64,000 nucleotides of DNA from contig OZ024741.1 in assembly GCA_964016885.1 (NCBI GenBank), positions 54,932,001 through 54,996,000 of the forward strand. Reading direction: 5' to 3'. This stretch comes from Eledone cirrhosa. Taxonomy: Eukaryota. Under the pieces are notes generated by a model, which did not search any database, had not been told where the DNA came from, and worked only from the letters and a program-made list of their open reading frames with translations. Positions 1-12,393 of this stretch are shown here, in pieces. Every line of letters starts with the position of its first letter. Within the stretch, counting starts at the first letter, position 1. The translations under genes were made by a program, and so were the position numbers.

Positions 1-2
1 GC

Positions 3-1895
3 AACCCCTCGATTAGACTAATCTGCCCCTCCAGGTCTGACATTGGCATTATCAGTAAAAAAATCCTAGACAAAATCATCCCACAGATTAAACACAAGAT
101 TTACCTTAAACAATGGGGAAATACGGGTGAAGTGATTGAATGGTTCAAAAATATCATTGATAGCAAGGATAAAAAATTTATTCAATTTGATATCAACTCT
201 TACTACACCTCTATTTCCCCTATCCTACTAAATAAGGCACTTATAATGGCCATGGACAATAGTGACTTGACTAGACCCCAGATTGATGTCATACTTGCGG
301 CCCGTAAAACATTAATCACCTTTGAAGACCAATTATGGACCCGCAAGGATACGCAAAACAACTTCGACATTACTATGGGGTCTAGTGACTCGGCGCAGGT
401 CACTGATTTAGTTGGCCTATACTTACTTAACCTAATCCACAGGGAACTTCCGTACCTCAGCGGTGGTTTGTATCGTGACGACGCACTTCTACTTATAGAC
501 TATAAAAAATTCAATATAGAAAGGACTAGAAAACTATTGCACAAAACATTCAAAAACTTTAACCTTAGTATTACCATGGACAAAAACACCAAAAACGTCA
601 ACTTCCTAGACGCCACACTCTACTTAGACTCAATGATATATGCACCTTTCCACAAACCTAATGAAAAACTCATCTACGTAGATACCAAGTCTAACCACCC
701 TAAATCTATATTGAACTCTATCTCTAAGGGAGTATCTAATAGAATCTCTAATCTATCCTATGACATAAACACATTTAACAATAACTTGCAGTATTATAAT
801 CAGGCATTAGCTAGATCAGGCCATAATACAGGGATAGAGTTCCTACCTACAAAAACACATAGCTACAACATCATTTCACACAACATGTCCATGGGAAAAT
901 TTAATAATAGGAATAGCAACTGCACACACACTAATAGGGATTGTAACAACAAAAGTAACCCGCACCACAGAAATGACCATAGGGACATTAAAGGAAACAA
1001 ATCACCAGACATAAAAAACAGAAATAGAAGAAGAAATAATACATTTTTCAACCCTCCTTTCAATTTAAACGTCTCTACCAACCTTCCTAGGGCTTTCTTC
1101 TCACTACTAGATAAACACTTCCCATCCGGCCACAGGTACCACGGCCTTTTAAACAAAAACACTATTAAGATCTCATACTCTACTACGCCTAACTTAGCAT
1201 ACCACATAGCTAGTACAAATAAAAGAAAAATTAATTCTTACTTCCAACAAACTAAATCACAACGGTCGATAAACCTTCAAAATAACATTCAAAATAACAG
1301 TCAAAGTAACATTATAACAAATAACCGTAATATCAATGGAATTAATAGTAATAACACTAGTGTAAACATTAACGCTGCGTACCACAACCCACATAACCAT
1401 AACCCTATAGCTAACATCCAAACTTCTACACAGCATAGTAACCGGCAGACTAGCACCCAGAGTAATTGTAACTGTAGATCAAGTAGAACCTTCCCTTTAG
1501 ATAAAAAATGCTTAACCAAGGATATCATATACTCATGTACAGTCACAACTAACAGCTCTTCTGAAACCTATATAGGCTCCACTTCTAACTGCTTCAAAAC
1601 TAGATACAATTCGCACCTCTACTCTTTCAAAAAACACAGTCTAGCCAACTCCACTTCACTATCTAGCTACATACACCATCTAAAAACTAAAAATAAAATA
1701 TATACACTTAAATGGGAAGTGGTAGGTAGTGCAACATCGTACAAACCACCTAATAAATTTTGTAACCTCTGTCTACTAGAGACCCATACTATCATCTTCT
1801 CTAAACATAATCTCCTTAATAAAAAATCAGAAGTGTTCGCAACTTGCCAACACCGCTTCCGACACTCGTTCCAAAACTTTAAACCCTATATATAA
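3..1895 (+). CDS. PLE reverse transcriptase + GIY-YIG endonuclease (N-terminus truncated by window edge)
   Basis: Frame is open from position 3 (NPSIRLICPSRSDIGIISKKILD), upstream of the listed 132 start. RT motifs QFDINSYYTSI, FDITMGSSDSAQV, GGLYRDD and NFLDATL. CNCR..PL..C zinc motif, IIY..YIGST..FKTRY..H (GIY-YIG), CNLC and C-terminal CQH. Confidence 0.92.
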   Translation, partial: NPSIRLICPSRSDIGIISKKILDKIIPQIKHKIYLKQWGNTGEVIEWFKNIIDSKDKKFIQFDINSYYTSISPILLNKALIMAMDNSDLTRPQIDVILAARKTLITFEDQLWTRKDTQNNFDITMGSSDSAQVTDLVGLYLLNLIHRELPYLSGGLYRDDALLLIDYKKFNIERTRKLLHKTFKNFNLSITMDKNTKNVNFLDATLYLDSMIYAPFHKPNEKLIYVDTKSNHPKSILNSISKGVSNRISNLSYDINTFNNNLQYYNQALARSGHNTGIEFLPTKTHSYNIISHNMSMGKFNNRNSNCTHTNRDCNNKSNPHHRNDHRDIKGNKSPDIKNRNRRRNNTFFNPPFNLNVSTNLPRAFFSLLDKHFPSGHRYHGLLNKNTIKISYSTTPNLAYHIASTNKRKINSYFQQTKSQRSINLQNNIQNNSQSNIITNNRNINGINSNNTSVNINAAYHNPHNHNPIANIQTSTQHSNRQTSTQSNCNCRSSRTFPLDKKCLTKDIIYSCTVTTNSSSETYIGSTSNCFKTRYNSHLYSFKKHSLANSTSLSSYIHHLKTKNKIYTLKWEVVGSATSYKPPNKFCNLCLLETHTIIFSKHNLLNKKSEVFATCQHRFRHSFQNFKPYI

Positions 1896-2434
1896 TAATG
1901 TCAGACTGGAACCGGCACCACCCCTAGCAATTAACATCAGTAACACACCTTACACCTCACATCCACACCCACCTCTATACTCTAAAGATAATACTGACAG
2001 CATTTTAGTACCACCTACCCTGGGAATACCCCCTTGTACCTCTAATTCTGATATCTCGACCGTGGACTACTTATTCTGCATTGCACAAATATAAGATTAG
2101 TATAAACTGGGGACACGGTACTGGTTGCGATAACATAATCCTGTGCATGGATTCCCACCAAGAGATAGATTGTTGATTAGACAGATAATCGTATTGTTAT
2201 GTGAATATATACTGTAAACGATCAGTTCAATGAATTATGCACGGGAGATGCATGAGTTAGGAGCATATGTGTTGCCTGCAGACCTGACCGGCACCTTTTG
2301 ACGAAAGAACCGGCCACCGGACCACCCAGGTGAACTTACCGGCGATGCAGTCATACTACGACCTGAATCTCGCCGGGAGTCATGTATGATAATAAGACCA
2401 TTAATGATAGTGAGACCCGTGTAGTTAATTATGT

Positions 2435-3035
2435 AGTCTGACTCTTCTTATGGATTGGCCGGGTGTGGCACCCCATGTTGGATTGTAGTCATCATGATAC
2501 GAACTCCTTTAGTGCTTGTTACTGGACTCCACTCTAACTTGTGGATGGGATACTTGATCTATATGTGGGACGTGGGTTTATGTGTTGCTTGGTGGCCAGA
2601 AGGCGCCCTGGTATGAGAGATTTAATCTCCAGATTGTAATCATCTTGATGTGAACTCCTTTAGTACCTATTAATAGACTCCACTCTGGCTTGTAGATGTG
2701 ATACTTAATTGATTTATATATGAGACGGGGGTTGTCTATTGCTTAATGACCAGACTAGTGCCTTTATATGAGAAATTGGATCTCCGGACCATACCGAAGA
2801 TTTACTGGAGATTCAGACATGCAATGACCCGGAGCCTACCGGGTGGCATATATAATAGCGGGACCATACCAGGTCCTACTGTTGTATTATATTTGCATGG
2901 AACAGTGACTTGAGAGTCTGACTCCTCTTATAGAACGTTCAGATATGACACCCCTTAATGGATGGTAATCATCCTAATATATACACCCTTGTACTTCTTA
3001 ATGGACAACTCTCTAACCTATAAATGGGTAACATA
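2435..3035 (+). repeat. Diverged ~120-150 bp direct repeats in the PLE 3' region (about 3 copies)
   Basis: gattgtartcatc..gaactcctttagt..gactccactct..gatactt recurs at ~2480 and ~2632. gtctgactc..cacccc..ggat.gta.tcatc recurs at ~2436 and ~2916. Confidence 0.7.
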
Positions 3036-3814
3036 CTCTAGAAATTAGTTATAACTTCATATGATAGGCACGTATTTGAATCACGATTAATGTAGTTTAG
3101 GATAGTAATTTAACTAAGATAACTAGCTAGTTACCTCCCCTTACGCATTAATTCCCCTTAGTCTTTCAGACACTTCCGGAATCTGGACAGCATGACCTAT
3201 TAATTAAGAACCGACTGGATACGGTTTATAGCTTGATTATATGCTGAACCACCGCGAATTATACGATAGACAAGTGTTCTCTATATATATTGCGTCTCAT
3301 GGATTATGTGAGTGGTGGTGTGAGTGAAGACAGTGGTACGGCTTTGCCTACGATACAATAAGGTTTGTAGTATGTGGAAAGTTTTTGATATTTTGGTGTT
3401 TCCCTGCATCCGAGACTATATAACATACAGATGTATGAGAATAAATGACTTAATAATCCAGCCCACATAATAAGATCGATTGCCTGCTTCAACTGCCTGA
3501 CCCTGCAAATATCATTCTGACGCACTCTAATCATGTATAAATAAGACACGCGTGCATGCTACACGTGAGACTGTTTCATACACTGACTACTCTAAACTTT
3601 CCTCTTGCTTTATCTTCATAGACTGCCAACGCTTCATGTTTATCTTTATTTTCATTCTTGTTTTTATTTTATTTTTATCCTGTAACCTTTATATGTAAAT
3701 TGCCATGCTATACCATTTGATGAATGTCACCCCACTGTTGATCAATATGCGCATATGTTTTATGTGTCTCTTGGGTTGAAAAGGAGATCAAGTATGTTAT
3801 AGATCAGTAAATAG

Positions 3815-3863
3815 TTGCTCCGAAGAATCCAAACCTCGGTTTGGAGGAAACAATTGTAAGCAA
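3815..3863 (+). ncRNA. Type I minimal hammerhead ribozyme, variant core CCGAAGA
   Basis: Stem I ttgct/agcaa; core ccgaaga; stem II tccaaac-ctcg-gtttgga; GAAA; palindromic stem III caattg; GUA triplet. Confidence 0.75.
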
Positions 3864-3897
3864 ATAAATGACTTAAACTGAACTTTGATTATTGTAA

Positions 3898-4197
<300 letters not shown>

Positions 4198-4198
4198 C

Positions 4199-4237
<39 letters not shown>

Positions 4238-4248
4238 CGCGCGCTCGC

Positions 4249-4279
<31 letters not shown>

Positions 4280-4687
4280 TGTGTGAAGGTGTGTGTGTTA
4301 GTATGTGAGTATGTGTATCTGTGTGTGTATGTGCGGCAATCGTAGCTAAAGAGATGTTTTATGCAAAATCATGCAGAGAGCCAATCAAACAATTAATAGA
4401 ATGAGCACTCAATACTTGTTTTCTGAGTATGTTGTAATATCTGTACATTGATGAGTTTCACGGTCAACGATCCGTTGGAAGGACAACTTCAAGATAGTAG
4501 GTAATAGATACTTCTTGGGTAATGGCCTACTACCAAATGGGATGAAGTAACTCAAGCCGAGAAATGGATCTGCTAATCAGAACTCTATATAGATTCTACA
4601 TGTATTAATGTACCAGTCTGAATACCTAAATTACTCGATGATGTATGTCTATCTACACTCACATACACACACATATATAAATATTTA

Positions 4688-4833
<146 letters not shown>

Positions 4834-4919
4834 GTAATAATAATAAATTTGAAGACTAAAATCCAAAGAGGGCTCGATAGGGATAAATATATATCAAATA
4901 TATAAGAACCGTAGAGCAA

Positions 4920-5070
4920 ATATTTATTAAAATAACAGATTAAAGTTTAAGCGAAGAATCGCTGCTTTCACCCTTAACGGGATCTTCTGAAACTAACCAG
5001 TTTAGTTTCAGAAGATCCCGTTAAGGGTGAAAGCACCGATTCTTTGCTTAAACTTTAATCTGTTATTTTA

Positions 5071-5078
<8 letters not shown>
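4920..5078. repeat. Fold-back (77 bp arms, 5 bp loop), each arm carrying an HHR
   Basis: 4920-4996 is the near-perfect reverse complement of 5002-5078. Confidence 0.9.
5004..5054 (+). ncRNA. Type I hammerhead, variant core CAGAAGA (mirror copy 4944-4994 on -)
   Basis: Stem I agttt/aaact; cagaaga; stem II ccc-gttaa-ggg; GAAA; stem III agca/tgct; CUU triplet. Confidence 0.65.
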
Positions 5079-5118
<40 letters not shown>

Positions 5119-5120
<2 letters not shown>

Positions 5121-5308
5121 CGAAGGAAGTGTGGTAAAGAACCAGATGAACCATAACGCACCAGAGTACTCAATATTTAGGATTGTAGAGTGGGTAATAG
5201 GAAAATGTTCAACCCCGACGGCAGAGCTCAAGCCGTTTCGACGGCTATTTCTAGTCCAGAAATAGCCGTCGAAACGGCTTGAGTCTGCCGTCGGGGTTGA
5301 ACATTTTC

Positions 5309-5310
<2 letters not shown>
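5119..5310. mobile_element. PLE-terminus fold-back cassette with half-HHR (GAAA-cggc..gccg-UC-ggg) in both arms
   Basis: Palindrome ~5199-5310 plus an ~80 bp single-copy tail. Homologous to 36481-36755, 47035-47231 and 52731-52795. Confidence 0.75.
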
Positions 5311-5375
<65 letters not shown>

Positions 5376-5819
5376 TTATATAGTAAGGTGTATTATTGGT
5401 TGTGTAAAACGGTCCAATAAATTCATGTTCGCAATATTAAGTTCTCCACGGTTTTGTATATCTCCAATTCCATTCAAGGGAACAGCTAGATGATGTAAAA
5501 TGGAGTATAAGTATCAAAATGAAAATCTGAAGGCAAGGTAAAATTCCGATCATTTTAATCACGACCCATGTTTCAATAAGAGATAGATCGATCGTAAAGC
5601 CATGATCAATTATCACTGATCTCATCAGGTGAAAATGTATTGTCTTCAAATTCTTGATATGAGAGAGAAAATTAGCAATGTTCACTCACAGAGTTTATTC
5701 CCTCATATGAAGATCCAGTAGTCAGAAATACGGCGACTGCAATCAGCTTCAGTTAGGGTCATAAAACTGTCAAATCTCCATAGCTGCAAAGGGCGCTGGA
5801 CATTAATCAGATCTGTAGA

Positions 5820-5901
5820 AATACAGTCGGTCACAGTTAAAGTGAGTGGGTACACACACACTCAACACCCATACACACCGGCTCGAGGTCAAAGAAAAAA
5901 A

Positions 5902-5966
<65 letters not shown>

Positions 5967-6070
5967 CAACACAGTATCAAACTTCTAGAACTATAGAAGG
6001 TCACAATTAGTGTGAGGGGGTACACACACACTCTCATACACACCGAAGCGATGTCATAGAAAAAAAAACA
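5820..6070 (+). repeat. Two diverged ~80 bp direct repeats separated by (TA)n
   Basis: ggtcaca.tta..gtgag.gggtacacacacactc..catacacaccg..cga.gtca.agaaaaaaaaaca at ~5829 and ~5999. Confidence 0.7.
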
Positions 6071-7450
6071 AATATAGGAATAAGAATATACCAACACAAC
6101 ATTCACCGAAAGTTCGTTTACAAAACAACAAATGCTACATTGGTCAAATCTCAATTTGACGATGTAAATTGGAAATATTGGGTTAACCACAGCCCCATAC
6201 ACACACAAGCAAATAAGTTCAGTTCAGTGTTCTGTAATACATGTATAGATTAAATTGTAACATCCGATCTTCAAGTGTATGTTATGGTATATACACATCC
6301 GTATCGTCCGAAAAAGTGCATGTCAGGTATATACACATCCATGTGAAGAGCAAGCAATCAGCTCATATCGAACTCAGTATGTACCGCTGTCCCATTGAGA
6401 GTCTGAGTCCCCAAAACCGTGCGTGCAAGCAACCGCAATGTAGGCCAGCAAGGGGCTCCGTGTAGGGTTGTGTATTTGGGTTAATGTGTCAGTAGTACGA
6501 TTTCCAGATAGGTGTTTGAGTGGTGGAGGTGTGTTATACAACACAAAAGGTAAAGTAAATAACAAAGGATAGCAAAACCCAGAGGATGTGTGTAGGCCCA
6601 TTAATGGTGTGTAAGTATTATTGTTCAATCCGTAACTGTGAGCACTCTATGGTTAGATGGTCACAGATCAAAACCTAGTGAAGTGTTCAATCGGTAGGAA
6701 CGTGACCAGTCGTAACTGTGGGAACTCAATGTCTAAAGTAAAGAAAACGGGTACTGTGTGTAGAGTTATGTATAGAGAGCGTAATCGGTCCTAACTGAGT
6801 GTGCAATACGACTAGCTATATCCCAACCGAGAGCACTCAATGGTTAGGGTATCTTCAAGTAAAGGTAGATGCGCGTAATCGGTCTTGCCTGAGTGTGTAA
6901 TCAATTACTAACTAGGTATACTGAGTGTGTAATCAATTCTAACTATTTACTAACTAGTATTCTAAAAGTGCACTCAGCCGTGAGAACTCTGTGGAAACAA
7001 GTCAGGTACCGTTTGTAAGTGTGAAAACAATCTTAGCCGTCTAACTACCTGAGTGTGTGACTGTCTGTTTATTGAGAGAATTCTATGGCTAAAGTAGAGA
7101 GGGAGGAGTTAGTGGTAGGTTACCTTCCAAAAATGCTGCGGAAGGTTTTCGAGGTTCTATGTTGGCAATTGCTGAAACAATCTGCTCTCCTATTAATTAA
7201 TAGGGGGCCGCCTCTAATAATATTAAAGGTTTCAGCTACACATAAATTGCAAACGCCAGTGCTGCCGTTATAAGGTTGGGCTGAGCAAATTATGGACCAG
7301 GATAAGGAGTGCTCTATATTCCCATGTTTAAGCTTCCAGACTAATTCAGAAAGCGCCGTGCTATTTTTTTTTATCTAAACTATTAAAGGTATGGCGGTGA
7401 TTATACCATCTATCCTTAAATTCAAGATCTCGAATTTAATAAGATCTCGA

Positions 7451-8000
7451 TACATATATGTATACAGACGTACAGTAGTATGTATATATATACATACATG
7501 CACACATATATACATGTACGTATGGGTTAACCGAACATTTATTATAATGTTTGGTTTGTTTGTAAACAAACAGCCCGACTTACGCCGTACAGTGTTCGGA
7601 AACCATCGTTGCCCTTTTGTTCAACACTGACAAAGGAACGATGAACTAGTTTCAAGCTTATTAGCTATCGTCAGCATCGTATACCTTCCTGTCAGATGAT
7701 TGAACGTTTGAAAGTATATACCTTCCTTATGCATATTAACGGCTGAGCAACCTTATTTGCATATTGAGTGGGTTAGTCGGCCGGGTGTACTGAAAACGAT
7801 AAATGGAAAAGAATGAAACGAAATTTCATTTCTCACTCTTAGTACGGCTGATACTTAAATATAAGTATGTATACGTACATACATATATGTATACAGACGA
7901 ACATTATAATAAATGTTCGGTTAACCCATACGTACATGTATATATGTCTGCATGTATGTATATATATACATACTACTGTACGTCTGTATACATATATGTA
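7451..8000. repeat. ~100 bp inverted repeat with 345 bp spacer (MITE/fold-back-like)
   Basis: 7451-7552 is the reverse complement of ~7898-8000. Confidence 0.8.
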
Positions 8001-8018
8001 TGTACGTATACATACTTA

Positions 8019-8054
<36 letters not shown>

Positions 8055-8057
<3 letters not shown>

Positions 8058-9281
8058 AAGAATTCATATCTAGTAACATATATATACATACAGATACATA
8101 TCAATGCTAGCAAATATATAGGTTTTGTCTTAATAACAGTGTGTTCCAATGCATGGGGTTGCAGAACAATACTATAAGAGACGTAAAATAAGAAAATTAT
8201 AAAATTAACTTACTTACTAAAATATCACTTCCAACTAATTAGTTTCTGGAATGGAGTAAATATATTTTCCGAAGAATAATATGGAGAAGCATTCCGTCGT
8301 CAGGAAAGTCTATTCTCATGTAAGTTTCCAGGCAAAGCGAGGACACTGGAAACTTATTAAAAAATAATTCAGTGGATAGGAAATAGCGAAGCGTGGACTG
8401 AATTCCAAGCCATTGAGAAAATCGCTGCCTCTACGTCTGTGGCAAATTCAAAAAGAATCGAACACGTGACATCGAGGTCAATCAGTGGAAATTGGTTTGC
8501 TAATAAGAATTCATATCTAGTAACATATATATATATACAGATGCATATCAATGCTAGCAAATATATAGATTTTGTCTTAATAACAGTGTGGTTCAATGCA
8601 TGGGGTTGCAGAACAATAATATAAGAGACGTAAAATAAGAAAATTATAAAATTAACTTACTTACTAAAATATCACTTCCAACTAATTAGTTTCTGGAATG
8701 GAGTAAATATATTTTCCGAAGAATAATATGGAGAAGCATTCCGTCGTCAGGAAAGTCTATTCTCATGTAAGTTTCCAGGCATATCAATGCTAGCAAATCT
8801 ATAGGTTTTGTCTTAATAACAGTGTGGTTCAATGCATGGGGTTGCATATATTTGCTAGCATTGATATGCATCTGTATGTATATATATGTTACTAGATATG
8901 AATTCTTTATTATTATCTCCAAATTATTTGTCGAGCAATATTGGCCATGACTGCTGCTACGGTTGTAGGCAGGCCGCTGTCTTATTAGCAAACCAATTTC
9001 CACTGATTGACCTCGATGTCACGTGTTCGATTCTTTTTGAATTTGCCACAGACGTAGAGGCAGCGATTTTCTCAATGGCTTGGAATTCAGTCCACGCTTC
9101 GCTATTTCCTATCCACTGAATTATTTTTTAATAAGTTTCCAGTGTCCTCGCTTTGCCTGGAAACTTACATGAGAATAGACTTTCCTGACGACGGAATGCT
9201 TCTCCATATTATTCTTCGGAAAATATATTTACTCCATTCCAGAAACTAATTAGTTGGAAGTGATATTTTAGTAAGTAAGTT
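8055..9281. repeat. Complex tandem + inverted duplication of a ~450-530 bp unit
   Basis: Unit 8060-8507, repeated 8508-8781, partial 8781-8846, then inverted copies 8846-8913 and ~8980-9281, all near-identical. Confidence 0.9.
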
Positions 9282-9391
9282 TACGCACATGCGCAAATAC
9301 ATGCGCATACACAGATGCGCATACACACATGCGCATACACAGATGCGCATATATACACGCACTTTCTTTCACTCGTATTTCATATACTTAA

Positions 9392-9605
9392 CCCTTTAGC
9401 ACTTAAACCGGCCGTATCCGGCCAGAATTCTCTCACTGTTCAAACTGGCTCTAACTAGCCACTCATACTGATGTTAAGGTATTGTTCTCAAAATAAGTAT
9501 AAGCAAAATCTCGTAGATTCGATATTGTATGAGATAATTATGTAAGCTAAATCCTTAACAATGAAAATACAATAGTAAACATAGAGTAATGTAGATGCTA
9601 AAGGG
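9392..9605. mobile_element. piggyBac-type MITE (214 bp)
   Basis: TTAA|ccctttagca ... tgctaaaggg|TTAA: CCC/GGG TIRs and TTAA target duplication. Confidence 0.85.
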
Positions 9606-9744
9606 TTAAAAGGTAAGTGAACCTGAATCATTCCACAGGGTCACTTGACGTGTCATGATATAGGAGATAATTGTTGATTGTGTTTGAGGCACGTCGGTTA
9701 CGACGATGACGAATGTTTCAACGAAACTGACAGGTAATTCTGAA

Positions 9745-9942
9745 GAAGGCTCAGCGTTACACAAAGTGTGACAAGACTGGCTCTCTGAATTACAGGTACA
9801 ATTCATTTTTCCCCACAGGGTGAACTGGAACAACATGAAATAAATTGTCTTTCTTAAAAATACAACGTGCACCTGGGAATCGAGCTTGTGATCTTACAAT
9901 CTTCCGCTGAGCACCTAAACACTAAGGTACGCACTTTCACAG
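9745..9942 (-). mobile_element. tRNA-derived SINE, family B (CORE-like central region)
   Basis: Reverse strand has a tRNA-like head and gttgtatttttaagaaagacaattt, similar to copies at 26860 and 51520. Confidence 0.6.
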
Positions 9943-10307
9943 CAGCCAAATATTTTTTTTTTTTAAAGTGCTAAACACATTGTGTAACGTATTAGCGAAA
10001 AATATATACAGAAGGGACTGTCACGACTTGTTTTGGGGTTATTTAATGTCGCCATTGTCATTGTTATTGTGTCGTCGTTGCTGCTGCTGCTATTATTGCT
10101 ATTGTTGCTGCTGTAGTTGTTGAATTTGCTTAACCCGGTGTTGCGCAATAACAACAATAAGTTTGAAAAGCTGGAATCCAAACGCAGAATTCGCTATGAA
10201 TAATTATAACTTTCGACAATCAGACGAAATACCTTCAGGGAGAGGAAATGTTGCCAGCAGCCATTACGAAGAATCGAGCCGATTTATTCATTTTTTTTTT
10301 TTTAGGT

Positions 10308-10391
10308 TATTGGGTCGTCAAGTATGAAATTTGTAAAAGTTTGTAGAAGAAAAAACAAATGTTTGCAAAGTCTATGCTTGACGGACCAATA
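10308..10391. mobile_element. Minimal mariner-type MITE (TIRs only)
   Basis: tattgggtcgtcaagtatgaaatttgtaaa / tttgcaaagtctatgcttgacggaccaata are imperfect TIRs with terminal TA. Confidence 0.6.
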
Positions 10392-10694
10392 TTATCATTT
10401 AAAGTGTTTGGATTCCAACATCTCAAATTTCAAATCATCCAAGCACCTCCATAGACAGAAGCAACGTAAAAGACGTACCAAAGAAATTTTCTCTGTGTGG
10501 TGATAGAACTGGTTAGAAACAGCAGCCAAATTCACCCTTCAATCACAGATTTAAATTATTTCGTTTTCGAACCGTTTCAAAAGCTGGGTTGTTACCATTG
10601 GACTGCCCTTTATCATAGGGCTTCTTGATCCGTCGACCTTGGGCTAAACAATAACTGCATCATCATTATCATCATCATCATCATCAGCAGCAGC

Positions 10695-10740
<46 letters not shown>

Positions 10741-11616
10741 GCAACAACAACAATAACAACAACAACAACAAAAGCAACAACAACAAAAGCAACAAAGAAC
10801 ATAATACAATCCACGTGTGTAAATTATAGATTGTTGTCTCACTCCTGTCATCCATATTTTTTTTTCTCTTTTAGATAAGAAACTGCACGATTCTGCGCTT
10901 GTGTGAGGTGAGGGGGGATGGCTTATCGTCGAGTCACATGACTACACTTCGATATTTATCAATCAGCTACATTTTTTAATTATGAGTAAAATCGATATAA
11001 TTATCTCAAGGATATTAAAATACTTAAACAAAAATTTGAAATATTTTTCTAACAACCTACGTTTTACCTGTCATGCTGCTGTTGTTGTTGCTGTTGTTGT
11101 TGCTATTGTTGTTGTTGCTGCTGTTGTTGTTGTTGTTGTACACGCTGTGGTTATTGCTGTTGCAATTATTTTTGTTTTTGTTGCTGTTGTTGTTGTTGTA
11201 CATGTTGGGGCTGTTGTTTCTTTTCATGTTTTTTCTGCTGTTTTTTTGTTGCTGTTGATGATGATGATGTGCTCATTGTTGCTGTTGCTTCTGCCACTGA
11301 TGCTGTTATTGTTGCTGTTGATGCTGTTGTAATTGCTTTTATTAGAATTGTTAATTTGGCCGTTGTTGATATATTTGTTTTGCCTCAGGTCAACCCTGAT
11401 AGGGCAATCATTTGATCAATGACGTCCCTGTAATAACTAGTAAGAACTCACCAACACACTCCGACCTCCCATTACTAGCCAGAGCCCACAGACGTCACGG
11501 TGTTACCTCACTGAGCCATTCTTCTATAGAGGACAGTGGTATGGCAGTGGTACAGCTATGTTCACCCCAAACCCTACCAAATACATATTAAACAGAACAA
11601 TTATTTAAGTTTTATA

Positions 11617-11755
11617 ATTGTTTCTACATTTGGCACAAGGCCAGCATATACCAAGTGCATTCTGGTACTTTACTTTATCGACCCCGTAAGGATGAAAGGC
11701 AAAGTTAACCTCTGCGGGATTTGAACTCAGAATGGCAAGGGCCGTAACTCTATGC
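11617..11755 (-). mobile_element. tRNA-derived SINE, family A (partial)
   Basis: Reverse complement of gttcaaatcccgc.gaggttaactttgcctttcatccttacggggtcgataaa..gtaccag..gctggccttgtgcc. Confidence 0.85.
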
Positions 11756-12269
11756 GTACGTTTTATAATATCCCTCAAATAGCACCATAATAATAGGATA
11801 CATCGGTTAGTATATTAGGTTATCCCATATTCTTATACCCTTTCTTCACGGGCTGTTAATAATCTACAATATGAGAGTGTTTTTTGTTTTTTTTGTTTTT
11901 GTTTGTAATGCCATTGCAGCACGCTGTGAACATTTTGTTGTGGTATACATTTGTTAACTAACTATCTTTAGTTCAGATTATTTACTTTCGGAAGTTTTCA
12001 ATCAATAAAGCCAACAGGTACAGCTTCTGGATCTGCAGTAAAACCTAAATGATTATGCATTTTGTTTCGTTAGTGCTTACATAGTACAAAGGTGTTTCGA
12101 GTTTCAGCAAGCTAACAAAAGGCATTCAGAGAAAAAGAGAGCCTTCGATGACAGCACTTTCAGAGAAGTCGTTGTGATAGAGCCTCTAACATTTTGTAAG
12201 CTTTCACGCAATATTGGAAAATCTAAATCAACCATTTCCAGACATTTAAAGGCAATTGGAAAGAAAAAT

Positions 12270-12393
12270 AATTGTTTCTCCTTTTGGCACAAGGCCAGCA
12301 CATTTATGTACCCAGTACATTACTGGTACTTTATTTTATCGACCCCGTAAGGATGAAAGGGAAAGTTAACCTTGGCGGGATTTGAACTCAGAC
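12270..12393 (-). mobile_element. SINE family A, 5'-truncated, inserted in the mariner
   Basis: Family A sequence flanked by the duplication caattggaaagaaa (~12254 and ~12394). Confidence 0.85.

Larger units (their letters stand above)
1..3890 (+). mobile_element. Penelope-like retroelement (Naiad-like), 5' part outside the window; ORF + ~2 kb 3' region ending in a hammerhead
   Basis: RT-GIY-YIG ORF, long non-coding 3' region with internal repeats, HHR at 3815-3863 followed by AATAAA, then an abrupt junction to (TC)n(TA)n. Confidence 0.88.

Noticed and set aside
1440-3245. Selenoprotein-type Naiad (in-frame UGA + SECIS); SECIS-like atga..aa..tgat at ~3192-3238
   Set aside because: No in-frame TGA in the visible ORF, and helix II of the candidate pairs poorly.
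6620-7060. CRISPR-like spaced repeats
   Set aside because: Motifs are short, degenerate and irregularly spaced; eukaryotic context; no cas genes.
9180-9235. ctgacga..gaaa-atatat-tt hammerhead-like string (also in the inverted copies)
   Set aside because: No stem I complementarity.
10295-10310. Strong splice acceptor (T)13AG
   Set aside because: Immediately followed by a mariner-like MITE end; no exon or donor evident.
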